NCBI GenBank assembly: GCA_965238275.1
Contig: OZ250186.1
Coordinates: forward strand, 1,056,001 to 1,120,000
Direction of reading: 5' to 3'
Origin: Nitrosopumilus sp.
Lineage (GTDB): Archaea; Thermoproteota; Nitrososphaeria; Nitrososphaerales; Nitrosopumilaceae
Length of the DNA: 64,000 bases
A model generated the notes under the pieces. The model had not been told where the DNA came from. It did not search any database and saw only the letters and a list, made by a program, of their open reading frames with translations. Made by a program: the position numbers and the translations under genes. Below, one piece after another: positions 40,075 to 50,407 of the stretch. Within the stretch, counting starts at the first letter, position 1; every line of letters starts with the position of its first letter.

Positions 40075-40167
40075 GCTGGTGTGTAAGTCGTTCATATTGC
40101 AACACAGGAACAAACAAACACACCAAGATAGCTACGCCGGATCTCCATTTAAGGTAATTGATTCGGC

Positions 40168-41521
40168 AACTTTGTTTCCTAATTATCGCCAGTCACACCC
40201 AACAGGTTCAGAATTAGGCCAGATCAGTTGAATTTGAACATCATATCAAACATCTTCAATAGAAAACCGTATTGATCAGAGAGGTGTGCAGGCAGTCAGG
40301 TAACAGCCATGACTGAAAACACATCCTCTCCAGACAAAACGGGCACGCATGAGGCTAAAAAATCTTTCAAATCCAAAGAACGCCGGTTCCAGTACGATGA
40401 CCGCAGGTACATAGACCGCGGCCAGTTGTGGACGCTCCAGATAAGCCCGGAGATCCTGACTCAGGGAGTCGAGAAGCTAAACTGCGGGAAGGTAGGCCGC
40501 CCGTACGTATTTTCAAACGCGTGCTTTGCAGCAGCATCCCTGTTCAAAAACGCCACCGGCATAAGGTACAGGCAGCTCCAGGGTCTGGCAGAGACGATAG
40601 TCGGCAAGGAAAACGCGCCCACGTACTCGGCGTTCCAGAAGAGGATGGCCAAGCTTGGCTGCACTGTTGCAGACAATGATGATGGTAGCGGCACGGCTTC
40701 TGCGTGGTTCTCAGACGGCGGCACCCGGGCCGAGATCAAGCTGTTTGCCTTCGACTCCACTGGACTCAAGCCCACAAACCGCGGCGACTGGATGACAGAA
40801 AAGTGGGGGACCAGGCGGGGCTTCATAAAGCTGCACGTCGGGGTGGATGCCAAAACCAAAAAGATCTACGCCGTGGCCATAACCGACGACAAGTGCGGGG
40901 ACTCTCCGCAGTTTGAGGAACTGGTGGGGCAGGCCCTTGCAAATGCAAAAAAATCACCAAACTCAGACACTTCTGCAGGCACCAAGGCGGCAGCCGACGG
41001 CGCGTACGACACCCAGAAGATCCGCAGGTACTGCGACGAGCAGGGAATCGAGCCGCTGATTCCCGTCCGCATCGACTTTGCCGGAAAGGCGAACGGGTGC
41101 ATGCCCCGCAAGGAGGCAGGATTCAGGCAGCTGGGGGACCTGGACTGCATGGACAAGACGGCAGAACGCAAGTTTGCAGGCCTCACGCGCGAACAAAAGA
41201 GGGAATTCCAGAAGGCGTGGCGCAGGGAGTCAGGGTACAACGACCGGTGGTCAGTCGAGATTGTATTTTCCACGTTCAAGCGGGTGTTGGGCGAGTGCAT
41301 AAGCGCGCGCAAGTGGGAGAACGTCAAGGCCGAGATATACGGAAAGGTGCAGCTGTACAACCAGATGATCGATACTGCAATCGACAACGGGTACGGCACG
41401 CCAAGGATCGTGCAAGCCTACAAGCCCGGCCCAAGGACTGCAAGGGAAGGGGGCAAGACGACGACGTAGGCAGAATTGCACAGACGAGTATCTGTGTCGA
41501 GCGTAATTAGGAAACAGAGTT
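40168..41521 (+). mobile_element. IS5-family element, copy 2, intact
   Basis: TIR AACT(T/C)TGTTTCCTAATTA; TSD GATTCGGC (40160-67, 41522-29). Confidence 0.95.
40309..41469 (+). CDS. IS5-family transposase (386 aa; one T/A difference from 31881-33041)
   Basis: ORF track comparison. Confidence 0.9.
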   Translation: MTENTSSPDKTGTHEAKKSFKSKERRFQYDDRRYIDRGQLWTLQISPEILTQGVEKLNCGKVGRPYVFSNACFAAASLFKNATGIRYRQLQGLAETIVGKENAPTYSAFQKRMAKLGCTVADNDDGSGTASAWFSDGGTRAEIKLFAFDSTGLKPTNRGDWMTEKWGTRRGFIKLHVGVDAKTKKIYAVAITDDKCGDSPQFEELVGQALANAKKSPNSDTSAGTKAAADGAYDTQKIRRYCDEQGIEPLIPVRIDFAGKANGCMPRKEAGFRQLGDLDCMDKTAERKFAGLTREQKREFQKAWRRESGYNDRWSVEIVFSTFKRVLGECISARKWENVKAEIYGKVQLYNQMIDTAIDNGYGTPRIVQAYKPGPRTAREGGKTTT

Positions 41522-41529
41522 GATTCGGC

Positions 41530-41576
41530 GGCTCTGGTAAATTTTAGTAATCTGATCACCAAAATTTAACAAATCC
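41530..41576. repeat. 47-bp palindromic GGCnnTG unit (degenerate right end)
   Basis: GGCTCTGGTAAATTTTAGTAATCTGATCACCAAAATTTAACAAATCC. Confidence 0.8.
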
Positions 41577-41711
41577 GCAGGGTTATTCCCTTGCGACTTG
41601 ATCTTCCTGAACCGCGTTTGCTCATGTGGACATATGTTCAATTGCCGTATTTAACGTATACTTATCGCTATAAGCCTCGATTTTTGGCTACTCTGATTCA
41701 GCCACTCTAGG

Positions 41712-43157
41712 TCACGCAGCCTCGCACCCGCACGAATCCATGCCGGAACCGCACTTGAGGCACTTGGCGTATTCTGCGTTCAACCGGTTGGGCCTTATCA
41801 CCTGTATGGTGTCCTCGCCTACCTCATGGTACTCCTTAGACATAATCCGTAATTGGGTATAACCACACGATTGGACGCATTGCAGGACAAATCCGGTTGA
41901 TTGCACGGAATTGCATGTCAATTCGAACTTACCCGATGATCAAAACTATCGTCAGCCGTGTTTTATTCTGATTGCCCATGTCAAAGCATGTCATTATACG
42001 ACAAATTAGCAAAAAAGCCCAAACTGTTCATCCGGTGCACTGGACTGACAGTCTCCGAATTTAATTTGGTGGCAGGGCGGCTGGCAAAAAAATACCCCAG
42101 GGCAGAGCAAAAGCGACTCTCCAAAAGAAGCAGGATGCCGGCATTGGTGCCGGACGCAGGTGGAAACTGGATCTGAAAAACAGGTTTCTTCTGGTCCTGT
42201 TTTATTACAGGACATACGCCACACAGGATCTTCTTGCCATGGTGTTTCAGGTGGGCCTTAGCGTGTCCCGCAGCATGGGGGCACTGGAGCCGTCGATCCG
42301 GCAGTGCGTTCCGCTTCCGTCAAAGATCTACGCCAGCATCAAGGCCACCAAGACGCTTGACGATCTTGAGGAGATCATTCCGGGCCTGACTGCCCTGATT
42401 GATGCCTCCGAGCAGCAGATACAACGTCCCGGGCGCAAGGACATGGAACGGTCCCACTACTCGGGCAAGGCACACAGGCACACGTCCAAGGTCCAGTACA
42501 CATCGGCCACGGACGGCCTCATCCTTCACAAGACCCGGCATTCCCCGGGCAGGATCCACGACTTTGCAGTATTCAAAAAGAAACACCCGACATTCCCTGA
42601 CAACCTTCCACGCAAGGACGGGAGCAAGGACAAGAAAAGGATCAAGGTCAGAGAGATCCTGGATGGCGGATACCAGGGGATCAACAAGGAGTTTCCTGAC
42701 CGGGATGCCGTAGTGCCGTACAAGAAGCAAAAAGGTGCAGAATTGTCCCCCGAGCAGAAGGAATTCAACAAAAAACACTCAAAGGTACGGGTGTATGTGG
42801 AGCACGCCATCCGCAGGGTCAAACGGTTTCGCATAATGGGCGGTGTCTACCGAAACCGCCTGAAAAAATATGACACCATCAATGACATCGTTTGCGGATT
42901 TGCCAACCTCAGGGTTCTCCTAGTCCGGGAAGCAATCGGGTAGGAGTCAAAAAACCTACACAATATAGGAAAATATGCATAATTTCTAATTACGGATTAT
43001 GTCTCTTGTGGTTCCAGCACTCCCTGCACATCTGGAACATGAACGTCTTGTGATCCTTGTATCTTGTCTCGACCTCCGGCTCGTGCTGGCATGATCGTAT
43101 CGTCTTGAGCCTGTCAAGGATGTCCATGAATTCCATCACTGCTTCTGTATCTTGCAT
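41712..43157 (-). pseudogene. Cys-rich small protein (91 aa reconstructed) interrupted by IS5
   Basis: ...CRECWNHK | EYHEVGED...CLKCG joins in frame at the CTT TSD. Confidence 0.65.
41838..43004 (+). mobile_element. IS5-family (DDE_Tnp_4) element, probable parent of the 90-bp MITE; transposase 41988-42943 frameshifted
   Basis: TIR AGACATAATCCGTAATT; 3-bp TSD CTT (41835-37, 43005-07). Confidence 0.9.
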
Positions 43158-43317
43158 GCAACCAATGGAACAGTTTGAATAAAAGCCCCAAACGAACCCG
43201 TCCCGGAGATCCTTGCAAAACCCCACTGCATCCTATGTCAATTTACCACTTTACCAAAATTTTACCGCGCATTTTTATCAACTATGTTGTCGTAGCATAC
43301 GTACCGGGATACGTATA

Positions 43318-44571
43318 TACCAGCAATGAAAAATTCATATCAAAATCGCTCATAAATTTTTGATGCAACAGCCGTCTCTGGAAATTACGAGGTGCGTTGA
43401 ATTCCCAAATGACGAGAAAAGACGCCCCGAACATTAGACATTGCATGCTCTGGTGCGCCGTGCATGGCACACGCTAGGCGGCGTGGGTCCGGTGCGGTTT
43501 GATGTCGTTCTAGATGGCCCTGTACAGAAAGTTTTCAACGACCAGATTCGGTTTTTTGTACCTCGTGTACCTGGTGATCGCCTCGCGGAGCATGCTCAGG
43601 CTGGTGTACGGCACGTCAAGCACTGCCCGTTTGAGATCCCCCGGTACGTCTCTATGGCGCTCAGGTCCGGGGTTGCAGTTGGCAGGAAGACTATCTCCAG
43701 GCCGTCTGTGCCATCAAGCAGTTTGCGTATGTTTGATGCCCTGTGCTGGGAGGCCTTGTCCATGATCAGGCAGATCTTCTTGAACCTGTACATCGCCTGC
43801 CTTAGAAAGTCCTCAAAGGTGTCCTTGGTAAACGCATCGTACTGCCGGAACATGCCCCTGCCGTCCGTGGTGATTAGTCCGTGGATTATCGTCTTGGAGT
43901 GTGAGCCGGTGTACGTGAAAAACGCCCGTATTCCCTTCCTGGTGTAGCCGCGTCTTCGCGGCCGCGCATCGGAGATTACTATGGACTCGTCCTGTATCGC
44001 TACGACTGTTCCTTCACTGTTCTTTTTTTTATAAGCTCTGGCATCTCTTTTTGGAATTTCCTGATCTCCTCGTCAGGCGCCCTTCTTGCATGTTTTCCTA
44101 CGGGAACCTTCTGGGAATAGCCCCACCCGCGCAGTATCTGGCGCACATATCCGAGTTCGTACCTTACTCCGGTCTTCTGTTGGATGTATTGCTGCATCTC
44201 CATGCCCGTCCAGACAGGTTTCCTGCATGCGGCCTTTCTGATCTTCTTCATGTCTGCCTTGCTCGCCTTGGTCGGCCTGCCGGAACGCGGCATGTTTCCC
44301 AGCCTGTCAAATCCGACTTCCAGGTAGCGCTCGTGCCACTTGTAGCCCCACGAGGCTGACTTTCCCAGGGATTTTGCAGAATCCCTCATGGTTATCCCGT
44401 CACGTTTGACTCTGATGATCAGCATCATGCGGTCCTTGGTATCGCAGTCTGTCTCAGCGGCGTATCTTTTCAACATCGTCTTGATCTTCATTGACTATGC
44501 TACGTGAAATAAGCATAATTTCACATGGAGTTAAAATATTTTACAATCACATCAATTTTTCATCTTTGGTA
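43318..44571 (-). mobile_element. IS630-family element, copy 3; 1-nt deletion in orfB near 43640
   Basis: 1254 bp versus 1255 for copy 2; TA flanks. Confidence 0.9.
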
Positions 44572-44654
44572 TACCTCTGACGGCGTGCCATGTGAACCAC
44601 TAATAAACATTCTTGCCAATGCGGGGGGGCTTACATACGTTAGTGAACACAAGA

Positions 44655-44849
44655 TTACGAAGAGCCCCGTAAGGCTTCAATGTCTTTCTTCATTTGATCG
44701 AGTTTGGTACAGTTGGCCTTTAGTTGCCCTTCCATCCCCGATACCTTGGTTTCAAGGCTTGCCATGCGTGCGCCGAGGTTGGTTTGTCCTGTCTCAAGAC
44801 GTTTGAATCCTGCCCTCATTTCCTTCACAATGTCGTCTATCGTGTTCAT
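44655..44849 (-). CDS. Small coiled-coil protein (64 aa)
   Basis: Heptad pattern; TTTATGATATA upstream on the minus strand. Confidence 0.6.
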   Translation of the reverse strand: MNTIDDIVKEMRAGFKRLETGQTNLGARMASLETKVSGMEGQLKANCTKLDQMKKDIEALRGSS

Positions 44850-44973
44850 ATTACTAAAAGTAATTACTTATATCATATAAACTCTTTCTGTTGCCACTTT
44901 TTTCTCCCTACACGTTGAACGGGTCGAAATATCAGCGCGGCCTGACCGTGTTCACTAACGTATGTAAGCCCCT

Positions 44974-45408
44974 TTATTTTGGCGTCACGCCTAACTTGTT
45001 TTCAACCACGACTGATGCTAGTTCCTGTATTTCTCCGTATGCTTTTTTGGCGAGTGCCATATCCTGCATGTTGATGCCGTAAAAGAATCGAAGTCCCCAA
45101 AAAGTGGCGTCTTTTGTCAAAAACTCATTGGATTTATTGTTTCTGGCAATGTCTTCAGATATGTTGGCCCGTTCGCTGATGGCACATGAGCTCCAAAGGC
45201 TTGCCTGATCCTTGGTGTCCTGGGTGATTTTTTCTCCAGAATCCAAAAATTCCTTCCATCCCATGATCCTGCCCATGTATTTCATCAAGCCACATTGGCC
45301 TTGATGTAAAATAAGTCTTTTTTTTTGGCAAGATGGCCGGATCTGGAACAATTTGTTTGACGACCACGCCGATTCTGAATTGACTGCGTGCGCCATAGAA
45401 CTAGTCAT
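44974..45408 (-). CDS. Hypothetical protein, start uncertain
   Basis: Open frame; the portion of the listed ORF above 45497 is IS66 end sequence. Confidence 0.35.
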   Translation of the reverse strand: MTSSMAHAVNSESAWSSNKLFQIRPSCQKKRLILHQGQCGLMKYMGRIMGWKEFLDSGEKITQDTKDQASLWSSCAISERANISEDIARNNKSNEFLTKDATFWGLRFFYGINMQDMALAKKAYGEIQELASVVVENKLGVTPK

Positions 45409-45497
45409 GTAAAACCACCAATAGTGAGAACATGCATACTCCACCCGTTTTTCCAATCCGCCACGACATGGAACAATGCCAGTCAGACGTTTTTGTG

Positions 45498-45781
45498 GTA
45501 AGAGGTCGCCTTTGCGAAGTGATTCCGTGCCTGATTTGCCCCGATTAATTACCAACTGAGCTACGTTTTCGACCATAAATACCCGATTTAATTGCACGTT
45601 ATCAGTACGATCCGCAGGCAGGACAGTTTTCAAATCAAGGCTCACCTGCCGGATCTTTTGCGCCTCATTTTCCGGCAGGCACTATGTCCAAAAGCTTTAT
45701 GGATCATGTCTTCCCGTGTTGTGGCATGGTGCCTGTAATCGACTTGGAAAAGATTGACTGGAACTCCATAACCGACACAAA
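45498..45781 (+). mobile_element. IS66 left-end remnant (diverged relative of 45887-48160)
   Basis: GTAAGAGGTCGCCTTTGCGAAG...; colinear with 45887-46168. Confidence 0.85.
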
Positions 45782-45886
45782 AGATCTCATGCAGAATGTG
45801 CCTGATTTAAAAAACTGAATTAAATTGGGTTATTCCCACGTGCGCGGCACCACATGCGGCCGAATATCCACAGAATCGTAAAGCAT
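45782..45886 (+). mobile_element. Solo end of the 15856-17537 IS5 element
   Basis: Reverse complement of ~17433-17537. Confidence 0.85.
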
Positions 45887-48160
45887 GTAAGAGGTCGCCT
45901 TTGCGAAGCGATTTCGTGCCTGATCTGCCCCGATTAATTACCAACTGAGCTACGTTTTTGGCCATAAATGCCCGATTAATTACACGTTATCAGCACGGTC
46001 TGCAGCATGGTGGTCTTCAGATCAAGGCATTTCCTGCAGGATGTTTTGCACCGTATTTTCCGGAGGCACTGCGTGCCCAAAAGCTTTATGGATCATGCCT
46101 TCCGGTGTTATGGCATGGTGCCTGTAATCGACCTGGAAAAGATTGACTGGAACTCCGTAACCGACACCAAGTCCCTCTTCGAATCCGTCCTTGACATGCT
46201 CAAATCCAAGGACGAGGAGAGCATGGCGCTGAGAAAAGACATCGAGCAGCTGAAGGAGGAGGCAGAGGCCTTCTCAGGGGAACACGCGATGCTGACGGAG
46301 ATGGACGCCAGGATCAAACTGCTGGAAGAAGAGAACGTGCAAAAGGACTCCGAGATAGAACAAAAGGACTCCGAGATAGAGCTGAAAGATGCAGAGATAG
46401 AGAATCTGGGAGGAGATATGGAGAATTTGAAGGTAGAGGTAGAGAAGCTGCGGGCAGAGAATGCCGCCCTCCTGCAGGGATGCGACGTCTCGCAGGCAGT
46501 CATGGACAGGATAGCCCGCCTGGAACGGCAGGCATCAGAGCATGCCTCTCAGTTAAGGGAGGCGCGCGCGGCCAACTCGGCGCTGGCAGCCGAGAATCTG
46601 GGCATCAAAAGCCGCCGCTCCCAGAAGCGGCTCCGGGAATCACCCGGGCCTGCACCAGACCCGTTCAGGAAGGTCGTCTGCCTGCGCACCGGCCGTGATC
46701 CTCCCCCGATATCCGAAAAAAAGCTAGTCGACATGCCCGCCTGCCCGCACGGCCATGCCCTCTCGAAGGAGCCCACCGAGGTGACCATCCGGGTAGTCGA
46801 GGAGATTATCGACGGGAAGCTGACCGGCATCCAGTATACCGTCGTCCGCAGGTACTGCAGGGAATGCGGCAGGCAGTTTGCCCCCGAGATCCCGGGGGTC
46901 GTCCCCGGTGGACGGTTCGGCGCCAGCCTGACGTGCCTTGAGACGACGATGAGGATGTACAACATTCCCTACGAACCCATCCGCAAGCTGATCAACATAA
47001 TCTACCACACGGACCTTGCAAAGTCGACTGTCATCGGCCACGTGGATGCCGTGACAGGATCCCTCCACCCGCTCTACGAGGAGATGCTCAAGGAGATATT
47101 CTTCTCAGAGCATGTCTTCGGGGACGAGACCAGCTGGAGGGTAGCCGGTGTGCTGTACTGGCTGTGGATACTAGTCGGTGACAGCTCGACTGTCTTTTAC
47201 GTGGACAAGCGCCGGGGAGGAGACGTGCTGGAGACCCTGCTTGGGGGGTACGCAGGCCACGTCACCTCTGATTCACACTCCGCGTGGAACCGCATCGGCA
47301 GGACCCACCAAAAGTGCCACTACCACTACCTCCGCGAGATCATCCGCACCCTGACCATGAAAAACCCGGGGCCAGAATTCAAAAAGTTTGCCAAGGCCCT
47401 AAAGGGGATAATCATCGATTCCTGGCACGCAGAGAAGGGACTCAACCCGAACGATGATGCGGCCGCGCGAAACCTCAAGGTGCGCAACCTCCTGGCCCGG
47501 GTGAGGCGCCTGATGTCTGGCAGCTACGCCGAACCCCACTGCAAGCGGTTTGTCAAGCGGCTGCGGCGCGAGATCACCCACCTGTTCCCATTCATCCGCC
47601 TCAGCACAAAGTGCCATAACAACGATGCCGAGCGCCCCCTGCGGCCCAGCGTCGCATCCCGGAAGGTCTCAGGCGGCAGCAAGAGCCTTGCCGGCGCATA
47701 CAACCACGCCGTCCTGGCCAGCATCCGCGAGACGTGCAGGATGCGCGGCGTCAACCCGCACGACTTTTTGGTCGACTACATGCGAGGCATGGTCGAAAAA
47801 ATACCGGCAGCAGCAGCAGCGGCAGCAACTGCATAAATCCTGCAAAATCCATCCATGGCTGCCCTGCATGTCCTGCGCGACCCCCACAGCACCGGTTGCC
47901 TGACACATGTCAGGCCGCCGTGCCGGCCCGCCACCCGATTCGGGCACAACGCACCACGCCCGACAGCACCAAAAAAGGCCCACTTCGCAAGTCCGATCAC
48001 CGGATCGGCCAAAATGCAGCTCAGCCGAGCCTCATCCCCGCCCGGAAAAAACCCTGAATAATGCCAATTAAATGGGCATTTATGGCCGAAAACGTAGCTC
48101 AGTTGGTAATTAATCGGGGCAGATCAGGCACGAAATCGCTTCGCAAAGGCGACCTCTTAC
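45887..48160 (+). mobile_element. IS66-family element with 87-bp terminal inverted repeats; flanks do not match
   Basis: 45887-45973 versus 48074-48160, one mismatch. Confidence 0.9.
46007..47836 (+). CDS. IS66 transposase with long N-terminal coiled coil (true start may be 46088 or 46115)
   Basis: CPHG/CRECG, GDETSW, TSDSH, QKCHYHYLRE, HNNDAERPLRP. Confidence 0.9.
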   Translation: MVVFRSRHFLQDVLHRIFRRHCVPKSFMDHAFRCYGMVPVIDLEKIDWNSVTDTKSLFESVLDMLKSKDEESMALRKDIEQLKEEAEAFSGEHAMLTEMDARIKLLEEENVQKDSEIEQKDSEIELKDAEIENLGGDMENLKVEVEKLRAENAALLQGCDVSQAVMDRIARLERQASEHASQLREARAANSALAAENLGIKSRRSQKRLRESPGPAPDPFRKVVCLRTGRDPPPISEKKLVDMPACPHGHALSKEPTEVTIRVVEEIIDGKLTGIQYTVVRRYCRECGRQFAPEIPGVVPGGRFGASLTCLETTMRMYNIPYEPIRKLINIIYHTDLAKSTVIGHVDAVTGSLHPLYEEMLKEIFFSEHVFGDETSWRVAGVLYWLWILVGDSSTVFYVDKRRGGDVLETLLGGYAGHVTSDSHSAWNRIGRTHQKCHYHYLREIIRTLTMKNPGPEFKKFAKALKGIIIDSWHAEKGLNPNDDAAARNLKVRNLLARVRRLMSGSYAEPHCKRFVKRLRREITHLFPFIRLSTKCHNNDAERPLRPSVASRKVSGGSKSLAGAYNHAVLASIRETCRMRGVNPHDFLVDYMRGMVEKIPAAAAAAATA

Positions 48161-48623
48161 GATAGTGCTTGCAGAACTCTCACCTAGCGTGGCAAACGCC
48201 GTGATGCTGAAGCTCACCAGTCGCGGAATCATAAAACAGGTGAATGAAAAACCGGCAAAATACGCCCTAAGGGCGCCCGTCCCGGCATCCCCGAACGGCC
48301 TCGTAGGCATAGACCGGCCTTACAAAAACAGCATGATGGACGCCAATCCGGGAAACCGCATGATAGGCCTTCTCGTGTCAATCGGCGGCATAGAGGAACG
48401 TCTTGGAAAGGTTTGGCCCGGGTGCAAAATGATCTCGGCAGAGCAGGTGTATTACCCGTACTATGACGTGCGGTACGAGATGTCTGACGGCGGCAAGAGG
48501 AACGAGATGATAGACGGCATCACGGGCAACCCGCAAAAATACCTGGCAGAAGTCATGTCAGAAGCCACGGCGGAATCTGCTGCGGATACAGGCAACAGCG
48601 ATTTGCCACCAGGGCGGTCCTGA
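48161..48623 (+). pseudogene. C-terminal gene fragment (winged-helix-like, then YYPYY...IDGITG), 5' part lost at IS66
   Basis: The open frame starts at the IS boundary. Confidence 0.5.
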
Positions 48624-48709
48624 CAGGCTCTTCAAAAACGGTTCTTGCCTCAAGCCTGCCTGCTTGGCGCGTGCCGGTACGGCGCGTTTGAGTGTGGTAG
48701 TAGGCGCGG

Positions 48710-48928
48710 CTATGGGCCTGGATAGCCAAGGTACGGGCTTGAAGTGTCGCAGTCATTGCACCACCCGTAGCATCCTTCTTCTTCCGTATGGTATTGCCTG
48801 CCGCAATAAACGCACAGGCCGTTTTCCCTGCGCCTGGCCCATTCTTCATCGCAATTATCATGCGTGTGGTGAAATTTGTCTGATTCTTCTTTGGACAACT
48901 CCCTGCCGCAATATGCACATCCTGCCAT
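48710..48928 (-). CDS. Small double zinc-finger protein (family member 2)
   Basis: CAYCG...HDNCDEEWARR....CVYCG...CNDC...YLGYP. Confidence 0.7.
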   Translation of the reverse strand: MAGCAYCGRELSKEESDKFHHTHDNCDEEWARRRENGLCVYCGRQYHTEEEGCYGWCNDCDTSSPYLGYPGP

Positions 48929-49031
48929 GCTGCAAAAACACGTGGATGGCATAAGGAGAAAATCAAATGCCCGGTTGCGTGGCCGCGCCGCATGAAACCG
49001 GGATCGCAACGGCTGCCCGCGACGCTGCGTA

Positions 49032-49088
49032 AAACCAAATGCCGCTTTTATCAGATTGACGGCATCATGCCGTGGAGAAGCAATGCGA
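49032..49088. repeat. 57-bp direct repeat, copy A (52/57 identical to 50011-50067)
   Basis: aaaccaa.tgccgcttttatcagattgacggc.tcatgcc.tggagaa.ca.tgcga. Confidence 0.85.
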
Positions 49089-49129
49089 ACCAACAGTACC
49101 TTTATTTCATTGACATACGTATCAATAGT

Positions 49130-49300
49130 ATGGGGACAGATGAAGAGATCGAATGCATAAAAAACGAGATGCGTGAAGTGGCCACGAATGCTATGTCAAT
49201 TGCCAAAGACGGCGAAACAAAAGAGGATTTGGAAAATGTAAAATCCCAAACCGAGGAGCTGGCACGATTGGGTAACAAGTTAAAACAAGCTGTGGAGTAA
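49130..49300 (+). CDS. Small helical protein (56 aa)
   Basis: MGTDEEIECIKNEMREV...; AT-rich upstream. Confidence 0.5.
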   Translation: MGTDEEIECIKNEMREVATNAMSIAKDGETKEDLENVKSQTEELARLGNKLKQAVE

Positions 49301-49455
49301 CACCATGGCTGAAACAGAACGATTTAGAGAAGTACTACAGCATGTATATTCCCTCCTTAACGGCTTGTAAATGAATACTTGGCCAGTGGCGGCGTCAGGG
49401 GCAATATCGACTTTATCTCGCAACTTATAGACGAAATATTGAGGTTGTTGGGGTT

Positions 49456-49878
49456 ATGAGGCTGCTTGCGTATGTGGATCTTGGCGCACTGGTGTTCTGC
49501 ATCGTTTCACTGGGCGTGATTGTATGGGATGTATATTCGCATGACTGGGCATGGGACACATACCACCCGATATGGATTACCATACTTGTCGGCATAGGAG
49601 CGTTCTGGATGTTCTTCATCATATCCTCATGGCCCAAACCTGCCACGCAGTTTCTTGTAACAAGATCCTGGTTTGCCCTGGGGGGTGCCGGGCTTGGCTG
49701 GTTTTATGCCTTGGGGCTTGTCGCAGTCATGGTGAACCACTATACTCCTGATGCCGTTTTTTTGATCGGGTGTGTTGGCGCTCTCCTCACCAATGCACGG
49801 GCAGTCATACCTGAAACGTTCTCTGTCATTGTATTTTTGCAAAACAGACGCAAGTACAAGTTTGAGTTTGAAAGATAA
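49456..49878 (+). CDS. Four-TM membrane protein (140 aa)
   Basis: Four hydrophobic segments and a basic C-terminus. Confidence 0.7.
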   Translation: MRLLAYVDLGALVFCIVSLGVIVWDVYSHDWAWDTYHPIWITILVGIGAFWMFFIISSWPKPATQFLVTRSWFALGGAGLGWFYALGLVAVMVNHYTPDAVFLIGCVGALLTNARAVIPETFSVIVFLQNRRKYKFEFER

Positions 49879-49883
49879 CTCTT

Positions 49884-49927
49884 GTGTTGGTAAATTAGGT
49901 GATCAGGCCGGTAGATTTTACCAGCAC
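49884..49927. repeat. Degenerate 47-bp-type palindrome right after the membrane gene
   Basis: GTGTTGGTAAATT...ATTTTACCAGCAC. Confidence 0.55.
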
Positions 49928-50010
49928 CCTTCAATTTGCGGATTTTGTTGCGTACGCGGCATAAGGGGCTTAATCACGATCCGTGAAGTCTTTAGCGAAG
50001 GCGCGGCGCT

Positions 50011-50067
50011 AAACCAAGTGCCGCTTTTATCAGATTGACGGCGTCATGCCATGGAGAAACAGTGCGA
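50011..50067. repeat. 57-bp direct repeat, copy B (promoter plus start of a micro-protein gene)
   Basis: Contains TTTTAT ~25 nt before the ATG at 50051. Confidence 0.85.
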
Positions 50068-50134
50068 CATCTGCTGGTACAGGTATGACCGCGAGGCGCG
50101 CCGTTCGTGTCCCAACTGCGGGGAAACCAGTTAG
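50051..50134 (+). CDS. 27-aa CPxCG zinc-finger micro-protein
   Basis: MEKQCDICWYRYDREARRSCPNCGETS (manual translation). Confidence 0.55.
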   Translation: MEKQCDICWYRYDREARRSCPNCGETS

Positions 50135-50170
50135 TTTCTGCTCCTTTTATGTCATCATGCGTCTTGTATC

Positions 50171-50329
50171 ATGCCCCCTGTCCTGCTGCTGGTAAACGAA
50201 CTCAAATGCGAATTCTGCAAGCATTCCCTGTTTTATGACGCGATTGAATTCAAGCAGATGGTTGATGCCCACAGCGCGTGGGAGGAACGCGGGTGTCCTG
50301 CGTGCGGCATGAAATCATCGTACGGCTAA
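50171..50329 (+). CDS. 52-aa CPxCG zinc-finger protein
   Basis: ...KCEFCKH...GCPACGM (manual translation). Confidence 0.55.
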   Translation: MPPVLLLVNELKCEFCKHSLFYDAIEFKQMVDAHSAWEERGCPACGMKSSYG

Positions 50330-50407
50330 ACCCGTTTCGTGTGGATTTGACTGTGCCTGAATGCCGATTCAACATAACCCCTTTTATTTGATTCATTCTT
50401 GCCTTTC

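Noticed and set aside
31829-41521. Invertible segment or composite transposon between the two inverted IS5 copies
   Set aside because: Copy 2 has its own matched TSD and the outer flanks do not match each other.
47840-48070. GC-rich non-coding stretch inside IS66 as a structured RNA
   Set aside because: No convincing long stems by eye and only one copy to compare.
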